From Squalus acanthias (taxonomy: Eukaryota): a DNA stretch of 64,000 bases. The stretch covers positions 149,794,001 to 149,858,000 of the forward strand of contig CM059431.1 in assembly GCA_030390025.1 (NCBI GenBank), written 5' to 3'. This document shows, one piece after another, positions 39,207-48,322 of the stretch; within the stretch, counting starts at the first letter, position 1; each line of letters begins with the position of its first letter. The notes below the pieces were generated by a model. That model worked only from the letters and a program-made list of their open reading frames with translations. It was not told the DNA's origin and searched no databases. The position numbers and the translations under genes were made by a program.

Positions 39207-40844
39207 TGTAAGGGTCACGGACTGGTGCGAGCTGAGGCTTTCGATGCCTCTACTATTTCTTGCTCTGGTCTTCGTACAGACTTTTGCAATAAGCACCTGT
39301 GAGTGGTTCGACCCACTCGCCATTACGGTTCTGACATCTGCACTTAGATGCAAGGAGCAGTGATGTAGAGAACGACTCAAATAGACCTGGTTGAATAGCA
39401 CGAAATGAATGTCTTTGTTGCATTGCGTCTAAAATCATGAAATACATGTCATAGGCGCAGATCAAAGAGAGTACCAGTATACACACGTTTATTAAACTTG
39501 GTCTATGGAAATGGGGAACACACGACACATCGTAAAAGGGTGAACACATTATACATTAACCTTAGAAACCACCCTCCCTTAATATACCTAAACTACGTCT
39601 GGATTTGTATTATCGGGAAACCTGCTCACCACTCAGCTCACTTCGGAAATTTAAAATGAGGCTCTCAGATCGTTTCGCTGCAGCGCCTATCTGTCACGTG
39701 GCTGTAAGGGTTTCTGCACCCGACTTGTTTACTCTCGCTGCCGCGAATGGGTCCACTCGAGACGGCCCCGGTAAAGTTCGTCGCGGATGGCTCACGCTAT
39801 CCGCTCAAAGAGCCGGAGGGTAAGCCAAACTCCCTGATGTCATGAATTAGTTTGTGGAATTCAAACCTGGTCATGAAGTACTCTGTAGAATTCGAACTGG
39901 TGGACTCTGCCGTTTATCTTCGGGCGCGGTCGGGGTTTACTGACCGTGGCGGCACGTGGAATTTCTTCTCGTCTTTCTTCTCGTCTTCTCGTCACTCGGG
40001 CCTCACTCGGGAACACACCGCTGTGTTGCCCTGATGGGTCCGGACACCGTTTACCGACGATCGGGATGGTGTACCCTGCTGCCTGCCATGTCGAGGTGGC
40101 TCGTTCCGATTGAAATCCACCCAACACTCGAATACCGACCAGCGCAGCCCCGCCGAAGAAACCAGCACACGACAAGAGCGAAGAGCGAAGAGTCAAGAGC
40201 CAAGAGCCTGATGGACATTTGTCCCCTATAGTTATACAGTTTTGTCGGCCTTATCTCCCGCTCAAATCTAAATGTTATCCTTTGTGTGATTTTGGCGCCC
40301 AAAACTCCCAGCATGGGGCGATTATCTTCTTAATGGGTTTCGGTATCACCTGAAACTGGCCAACTATCCGTTAATGCCTTCTTCATTGTTGAGCCAGCCA
40401 GGATGTGTATGAATCGTCTCCTCAACTGGTTTTGGGACCCCCTGAATACTGGCTTAATCACCCGCCAATGTCTCTCTCATTGTTGATCCGGGGGGGTATT
40501 TGTGTAATGATGTGTCTGGATGGGCTTTCGATGGCCCAGTGCAATGATTCTTACTGTGCGTATGAAACGATTCAAGCACTTATATCATTGCTATTGTCCA
40601 AAAATGCAAACGGGTTGCATCCTGCCTTTTCAATTTGTACCAGGTATGATCTCATACTGAATGTATATTCGACGCCATCTTGTCTGCCCACTGTGTCTCT
40701 GGAAGCTTCTGCCACGATGCGCGGCGGCCATTTTGCAGGCTTCTGTACCCTTTATTTTCAAGACAGCATTCCGTTCAATAAAAATGATCAATTGAACCTG
40801 CTTCTCTCATATTATTAGAATCACGATAATTGCGAAACTCTACA
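39207..40844 (-). repeat. 3' LTR
   Basis: Direct repeat of 46691-48322. Minus-strand AATAAA at 39493-39488 and TATATTAA at 39586-39579. Confidence 0.97.
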
Positions 40845-40856
40845 GTCCCTCCTGTT
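40845..40856 (-). promoter_or_regulatory. Polypurine tract
   Basis: AACAGGAGGGAC directly precedes the 3' LTR TG on the minus strand. Confidence 0.8.
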
Positions 40857-41280
40857 GATGCGAATAACTCCGCTTATCATATCAATTAAATGCTTTTGAT
40901 TAAAATTATCCCGATTCTCCACATCCAAACGTTCCCGGTAATTAATCTATCTATGGCCCCCACGACACATGTAGTCCTCATTTCCCAGAAAAATCACACT
41001 GTGTTTATCTTGGATAATCATAGACAGCATTGCCTTTAACTTACACTGCGTATTCGCCTTCCAGGTGCAAAAGGCCGATGCCTCTTGCACTACCTGTACA
41101 TGCATGTTTTATTACAAAAGAAAAACAATTAAACCGACTGTTTTAAAAATACAACAGTTCCAAAAACTTAGCCACAAAAGCTTATAACTACAACAATTAC
41201 AACACACACACGGTAAAATGGAGGGGCACTATCCTGGCAGCTTACGCAGTAGTTTCCTCGTTCACGCGCACGTAACGTTC

Positions 41281-43591
41281 TTACCACTCCGCTGTGTTCT
41301 CCTGCCTCGTGAGGCGTTTGCCCCTTTTGCAGTGCACGAACAACAGGTACACTACAATTACAACTTGACATACTACCAAAATGTGGGAGGCTATCCTGAT
41401 CCTTACGGGACTTCAATATTAGTGAACAGATCCCACCACGGTGGGGTTACTATGTCCAATATCTCTGCCCCTATCTCTAGAGTCTTCTGTTCCAGGGTGT
41501 AAAAATGTTTCTGTGATACCATGACGGCTTTTAAAATCTTGGTGAGGTGTTCAGGGAGAGGGGGAATGATGTACGCGAAATGCGCGACGAATCGCTGCAA
41601 GTCTGTGAAATTCTCTTTAACAGTGAGGTGAACCGTGGAGGGTGCAGGAATTGGGACAATTCGCTGTTGTGCCACTTGAACTTCAGCCCTGGGTTTAAAA
41701 CAGAAAATGCTGTCACTCACCGGACACTGACTGTTCTGTCCATGCTGGTAGTGTTGCGCTGCAGTGGTAACGCAATACGTTCCACCCCCTATGTATGCCA
41801 CCTGTGGGGGCACATGATCTTGTGTCATTGCTTCCATGGTGCAATTCATGGGCTTCGCCCCAGCCGTTCTGAACCCGCATTGTGGTATTAAAAAGGCATT
41901 CAAGTGCTGGGGACCAAGTATGAGGTGTGCTCCCCTGCTATGACAACCTGAGAGGTCGGTACCTGTCATCGTTTGCTCCCAGCGGATGACGTAAGGTGGG
42001 ACCGCTGCGTAGCGAATGTGGGCTCCCCACTGAATGAGTCCAATGTTCTCCACCCTGTACACCGGGGCGGGCTTTGCTGTGTTGCCCAACACCGGCATCC
42101 GTACCACTATACCCATGATAGTGTGATTTGAGTGTCCGCAGTCCACTGGGACTGGGTATGCCTCTGAGGCTAGCCTGAGCTGGCACGGGCTTAATGGGTT
42201 CTGAAAAGGGTGTAGCGCCTGCAGGTGTTTGTTGCTTATCCAGGACGGGACCAAACCTTGTTTTAAATCCTCCAAATTACTGCGGCCTTCGCCCAGTAAC
42301 CACACCCCGTATAACACGCACACCTCGTTCTGCGCAGCTTGATCGGATGCATTTCGATCTTCCCTGATCAGGGCATTTACCGTTCTCGCATGATTCTCCA
42401 GCTCTGCTATAATCTCTTTTAAGTGTAGTGTCATGGCCTGGTCCTTATGTAACTCAGACCCTACTACTTTATTCTCATTTGTGACGATGCTCTTTAACTG
42501 TGTCTTTAAACCGCTGATCTGTGTCTGCAGCTCTACATTATCTAGAGCGTTGACCACAGATGTTCCCGTATTAAAAGCAGTGAACACATCGTTCACAGCA
42601 CCCCTTCTTTGTCTCCCCACCTGACCAAAACTTCGTGTGGTGTGGTGTATTAGCTTGTTTTGTCAACCTCTGCAAAATCGAACTCATAAAACTGCCTGAA
42701 CATGTTTGTTAACAGGACCTGGTACAATTTTTCCGTTTCTTTGGGGCACCATTCTGGCAAATGCACCTCGGTGAGATTTAGAATCACCGAGGCCACCGCG
42801 TAATGTACCCCCTGATACAGTATCTGATCTGTTGGCACCAGTAACAGACCATTCCCGGGCCCCTTAGTGGTTTTAGGGCACCCTTGCTCCTGAGCCAATG
42901 CCACCGGAATCGTGGGCGGGGACTTGCGTGGGCGCGTGATGAGTTCAGTGGCGTTTACCGGGATCGGGGAGAATGGAGCTCCGCACCCCCGGGTGCTGAC
43001 GTCCCACCTCATCCCTTTCCCGGCATCCTGCCACTGTTGTAGGAAAAATATGGATATACCCTTGGGGCAAACGTACGTAGATCCCCACATACAAACATAT
43101 ATTCCCTCATCCGGTTCCCACCATTTGTCCCAACAGACTCTCACTTGTCCGTTAGTCCCCGTAATTGTCCGATGGGTATTGTTACCCAATCGCTCCCACT
43201 CGACCGAGGAATTTCTCATAGTCTTGCTTAACTTCCGTAACCACCACCATCGGCTCAATGTGACGTTTAAAATGCACACCAAACAAATCCTTTTGCCAAC
43301 GGTGACGCTGATTCTGAGTGCAACGATCCTCACCCTGGGACACAGTAAAGAAGTCTCTTTGTACGCAAACACGGATGCGCTGGAGTATTCCGTTGAATTC
43401 GTTCCCAGCCATCCCGGTCACCTTCCATTATGGAAATAAGTGGCGCTTTCCTCAGCCTCTCACTTCCCGGTCCCATCCGTCGTGATGGGGGCCGTGTCCC
43501 CGGAGCAACCGAACACAACGACATTCTTGGTGAGGCCCCGATAGGCCAATCCATATCCGATCGTCGCGAGCACCACAAGAATCCAATTCAT
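41281..43591 (-). pseudogene. env: Envelope glycoprotein, class I fusion protein resembling paramyxovirus F; disrupted
   Basis: Signal peptide MNWILVVLATIGYGLA (ATG 43591, AG acceptor 12 nt upstream); two in-frame TGA; Ig-like segment; F2-like CPKETEKLYQVLL; frameshift near 42655; furin site RQRR at 42614-42603; heptad helix; Cys-rich region; frameshift near 41405; TM IASHILVVCQVVIVVYLLFVHC-KRGKR; stop at 41281. Confidence 0.85.
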
Positions 43592-43850
43592 ATCTCCTGG
43601 TTCCTGTGATCAGATAAAATGATGTAGCCAGCCTCCCAACAGTCTCTGGCTTTTGTGAAGGGTGAGCGGGTCCCTTGACCTCGTCTCACGTACAAGACAT
43701 GCATACTGGATAGACCTTAACTATTCCTATCACTAACTCCCATCATTTTACCATTTACTTATGAAATTAATCTACAATCTCAACCTGATATTAATACCTA
43801 AACTTATCCTCCTAAAATTACTGTACAGCGCCGCTCGTTCCCAGGGCGGC

Positions 43851-44888
43851 CTAGCTAACTCCTGAGAAGGCTGCTGCGAGCTGTTCCCCGTGGCGGGGGG
43901 ACACTGACCCTTGTCTTTGATCCGCCGCAGCCTGTCGCTGCCGATCGGGAACTGGGACCTCCCTGGGCTGCCTTGGACTTATACCTGGGGGTGTACGAGG
44001 GATCTGACCACAACTTCCTGTGCTGGGGTGTCCGACTCGACCTGCAGAGGGCCACCTTGGGCAAGGCCTCCAGGGCCGACGGACCGGGACTTCCACCGTC
44101 ACCGCCTGTGGTACCACCACAGCCGCCGGTTCTGTATCCCCTGGCTCCACCCCCCTGGGCTCGAGATCTGCGGTTTCCGACTCCACCCTACTTGTTTCAA
44201 CAGTAGGTGAATCTCCACCCGTAATCCCTACCTCCCCTATGCTCGGGTCGTGGGTGGAACCTCCGTCCTCCGACCCCACCACCTCTCCGACCGGGTCACA
44301 AACTTGGTCGAGCCCTCCGGGCCCTTCCTCATCCGAATCCCAAGAAAAAGGAGAGACCCTCCACTTTTGCAGAATGTCTTCTCCCCTCACGCAGGCTGCA
44401 TTACCGGCCTGCGTGACCTGCGGTTCTACCCGGGGCTGAGAGTCCCCACTCGCAGGTCTGGCCCCTCCCCTAAGACAGGCCACCGCCCCTGCTTGTGCAT
44501 TCTGTGTAATATCGCCTGCTGGAGGCTGAAGATTTCTATTCTGTTTTAGTTTGGGCAACTCTGCTACCATGGCTTGCAACTGCGGGGTGTTGAATTCCCC
44601 CGGGGTTGTTGAGCAAACCATCCCTCTGGCTTTGGATAGGGCTTGGGTCACAAATTTTATACTTTCCTCACAGGGCCCATGGTTTAAATCCTCATACTCC
44701 CTGCTCCTGGCTACCCTGTAGGCTGCCTTTATGTCTCTAAGCTGCCCTTCTAGCCCGTCTATTTTCCCCATTAAGCGAGCGTTCTCCTCCCGTAAGGCCT
44801 GCTCATTTAACCTGGCCTCCTTACAGGAGGTCTGTTCCTGTGCGTGTCTTTCAAGGGGACACAGGTAGGCAGGCTGCGCCGGTTCCAA
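43851..44888 (-). CDS. ORF2 in the pol position: duplicated Gag-N coiled-coil/HxxC module plus low-complexity acidic/Pro-rich tail
   Basis: 345 uninterrupted codons in frame directly after the gag TGA (44891-44889). No DT/SG protease, YxDD or DDE motifs were seen. Confidence 0.6.
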   Translation of the reverse strand: MEPAQPAYLCPLERHAQEQTSCKEARLNEQALREENARLMGKIDGLEGQLRDIKAAYRVARSREYEDLNHGPCEESIKFVTQALSKARGMVCSTTPGEFNTPQLQAMVAELPKLKQNRNLQPPAGDITQNAQAGAVACLRGGARPASGDSQPRVEPQVTQAGNAACVRGEDILQKWRVSPFSWDSDEEGPGGLDQVCDPVGEVVGSEDGGSTHDPSIGEVGITGGDSPTVETSRVESETADLEPRGVEPGDTEPAAVVVPQAVTVEVPVRRPWRPCPRWPSAGRVGHPSTGSCGQIPRTPPGISPRQPREVPVPDRQRQAAADQRQGSVSPRHGEQLAAAFSGVS

Positions 44889-46615
44889 TCAGAAGTCTGG
44901 GTTGTATGGGGCTGTTGCTACCTTTCCGTGTGAGGTCATAAGAGACCGCATGGCTCCTAACATTGACTCGATCGCGTCGTAATGGATAGGCACACCAGCT
45001 CCTCTCTCAGAGACAGGCGTTTGGGCTCGGACTGCGGGAGCTTTCTCCTTGGAATCCTTCCAGGGATTCCTACAGTTTTTGCGCTAGTGACCTGCCTTCC
45101 CGCACCCGTAACAAACACTATTGGTTTGTGCGGCGCGATTTCCCTCCTGATGCCACTCTTTCTGAGCCGGAGCTGCGGGCTTTGCTTCATGCACTTTTCT
45201 CTTAAGGGGACGCGCTCCCGTGCTTCTAGTATTTCTATGTCCTATGGTGAGCTGACTCAGGACCGACTCCTCCATTGTATTGGGGTTGGTGGGATCAAAC
45301 CACGCCTTGGCTTGCTCCCTGATGGCTGGCAAGCTGTTGGCGACTACGCACCTGAGCCAATGAGCTTTCTCGACACCGTGCAGGTTGTGACGCGCTGGTG
45401 TACTTGGGCAGCTACGCTGATATACTGGCCACAGCCTTTCGGCGAAAACTCGTGGGGGTTCTCCCTCCATCTGTACTGTCTGACCCAGTCTGCCAAACGG
45501 ACCTTCGTCATCCACTCCCAACACTTCCAGGACCTCGTCCCGTAAATCCTCATAGCCCCTAACTCCCCTCTTGCTCTCGTCGGAGAGACACTAAAGGATT
45601 GAGCTATCCAAAGAGAACAGCAACATTCTGGTCTTTTCCTCCCCGTCGCAGCCATTAATCGCTGCGGTCTGTTCTACCTCTCTAAAATGAACGGAAGGAT
45701 CTCCTGACTCTGACAGTTTCCGGACATGGCTGATCATTGCCCTCAGCTGTTGTGAGCTGTGGGGCACTACAAGTTGGTTTAAAAGGGTCCCGTCTTCCCC
45801 ATCTGCCCCGTTCGGGCCCCGCTTTTGTTCTCGGACCGGACACATCGGTGCCGGGTTCGACACTACCTCCGGGGTTTGTTCTACCTCGGGAACCTCCTTC
45901 TCAATTTCTACCGCTTCCTCCCTCACCCAGGTTTCCGTATAGCTGGGTGGCGCTGAGGGCTTGGTGGTTGGTACCACACCTGCTTTTCTTGGCAGTGGTT
46001 TTGGGAATTCCCTAGCTACCTGTGGCTGGCTCGCTGACGGGCTGATGAAACACACCAAGCCGTTCGCCTTATTCAGGGCCTCTCTCAGGTCCTATATCTC
46101 TCTCTGGCAAACGCTGTGGTCGGCTCACTCAGACTTATCCTCGAGAGCCATCTTGTATGCCGCCCTAACTCCCTGAGACTTTCTTCCTGGGTCTTTATCT
46201 GGTTAGCTAGGCGGATACACCGTTCTTTAATCTTTCCCTCACTTAACTTAGCTTCCGTGACCTGGCAGTCTAAGTAATCGATCCTAGCCTCGTGGTGGCT
46301 GGCTACTATTTGGCGTTCCTGATGCAACGCATTCAGTGATGCAATCAGTTTCTGTCCTCCCATAACCTTTTCCTCCATCTCTGTGTCTAACTCTTTGATC
46401 TGAGCTGTCTGTGCTGCAATGACCTGGTCCGAAAGTTGGACTTGCTCTTTGTAGCACATCAACCAGACCGATTTCTCTACTGACTTCTTATATTCTCTGC
46501 TACCTGTCCACCTGATGGCTGCGTCTAGCGGACGCCTATCCGTCAGTAGGTCACATATCCACTGTTTGGTCAGGGTTACATTCCCGAAAACATAGTCGGC
46601 TACTTTTTCGTCCAT
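44889..46615 (-). pseudogene. gag: Gag polyprotein, disrupted by frameshifts and stops
   Basis: ATG 46615 (or 46687 overlapping the PBS); coiled coil; PSAPPSY late domain (45959-45939); MHR-like QMEGEPPRVFAERL (45473-45432); zinc knuckle CYGCGKAGH*RKNC (45113-45072). Confidence 0.88.
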
Positions 46616-46668
46616 TACATTTCGTTTATTCAAACCTGGGTCTAAGACATTACTCTCTTGCTGCCAGG

Positions 46669-46686
46669 GTCCTGCCGTGGGCGCCA
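46669..46686 (-). promoter_or_regulatory. Primer-binding site, tRNA-Lys-like
   Basis: TGGCGCCCACGGCAGGAC begins 4 nt after the 5' LTR CA. It shares TGGCGCCC with the Lys1,2 and Lys3 PBS sequences. Confidence 0.8.
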
Positions 46687-46690
46687 TTTC

Positions 46691-48322
46691 TGTAAGGGTC
46701 ACGGACTGGTGCGAGGTGAGCTTTCGTTGCCTGTACTATTGCTTGCTCTGGTCTCCGGCCAGACCTTTGCAATAAGAACCTGTGAGTGGTTCGACCCACT
46801 CGCCCTTACGGTTCTGACACCTGGACTGAGATGCAAGGAGCAGTGATGCAGAGAAAGACTCAAACTGACTTGGCTGAATAGCACGAAATGAATGTCTTTA
46901 TTGCATGGCGTCAAAATCATGAAATACATGTCATAGGCGCAGATCAAAGAGATTATCAGTATACAAACGTTTATTAAACTTGGTCTATGGAAATGGGGAA
47001 CACATGACACATCGTAAAAGGGGGAACACATTATACATTAATCTTAGAAACCACCCTCCCTTAATATACCTAAACTACGTCTGGATTTGTAGGATCGGGA
47101 TACATGCTCACCACTCGGCTCACTTCGGAAATTTAAATGAGGCTCTCAGCTCGTTTTGCTGCAGCGCCTGACTGTCACGTGGCTGTAAGGGTTTCTGCAC
47201 CCGACTTGTTAACTCTCGCTCCCGCGAATGGGTCCACTCGAGACGGTCCCGGTAAAGTTCATCGCGGATGGCTCAGGCTATCCGCTCAAAGAGCCGGAGG
47301 GTAAGCCAGACTCCCTGATGTCATGAAGTAGTTTGTGGAATTCAAACCGGGTCATGAAGTAGTCTGTAGAATTCGAACTGGTGGACTCTGCCGTTTATCT
47401 TCAGGCGCAGTCGGGGTTTACTGACCGTGGCGGTACGTGGAATTTCTTCTCGTCTTTCTTCTCGTCTTTCTTCTCGTCACTCGGGCCTCACTCGGGAACA
47501 CATCGCTGTGTTGCCCTGATGGGTCCGGACACCGTTTACTGACGATTGGGATGGTGTACCCTGCTGCCTGCCGTGTCGAGGTGGCTCGTTCCAATTGAAC
47601 TCCACCCAACACTCGAATAACAGACCAGCGCAGCCCCGCCGAAGAAACCAGCGCACGTCAAGAGCGAAGAGTCAAGAGCCAAGAGCCCGATGGACATTTG
47701 TCCCCTGTAGTTATACAGTTTTGTCGGCCTTATCTCCCGCTCAAATCTAAATGTTATCCTTTGTGTGATTTTGGCGCCCAAAACTCCCAGCATGGGGCTA
47801 TTATCTTCTTAACGGGTTTCGGTATCACCTGAAACTAGCCAACTATCCGTTAATGCCTTCTTCATTGTTGAGCCAGCCAGGATGTGTATGAATCGTCTCC
47901 TCAACTGGTTTTGGGACCCCCTGAATACTGGCTTAATCACCCGCCAATGTCTCTCTCATTGTTGAGCCAGTGGGTATTTGTGTATTGATGTGTCTGGATG
48001 GGCTTTCGATGGCCCAGTTCAATGATTCTTACTGTGCATATGAAACGATTCAAGCACTTATATCATTGCTATTGTCCAAAAATGCAAACGGGTGGCATCC
48101 TGCCTTTTTAATTTGTACCAGGTATGATCTCATACTGAATGTATATTCGACGCCATCTTGTCTGCCCACTGTGTCACTGGAAGCTTCTGCCATGATGCGC
48201 GGCGGCCATTTTACAGGCTTCTGTACCCTTTATTTTCAAGACAGCATTCCGTTCAATAAAAATGAACAATTGAACCTGCTTCTCTCATATTATTAGAATC
48301 GCGATAATTGCGAAACTCTACA
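46691..48322 (-). repeat. 5' LTR
   Basis: Direct repeat of 39207-40844, adjacent to the PBS. TATATTAA at 47068-47061 and AATAAA at 46975-46970. Confidence 0.97.

Larger units (their letters stand above)
39207..48322 (-). mobile_element. Pol-less endogenous retrovirus-like LTR element (gag - ORF2 - F-like env; lokiretrovirus-like)
   Basis: Paired ~1.63-kb LTRs with TGTA..TACA ends, GTAT duplicated at 39203-39206 and 48323-48326, PBS, PPT, gag MHR and CCHC, env with furin site and TM. Confidence 0.93.

Noticed and set aside
40293..40302. TGGCGCCCAA inside the LTR as a second PBS
   Set aside because: Wrong strand, mid-U3, and not next to an LTR end.
40405..40818. 137-aa antisense ORF in the LTR U3 as an accessory gene
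   Set aside because: No recognisable motif, and the other LTR has an indel that shortens it; its presence twice follows from LTR duplication.
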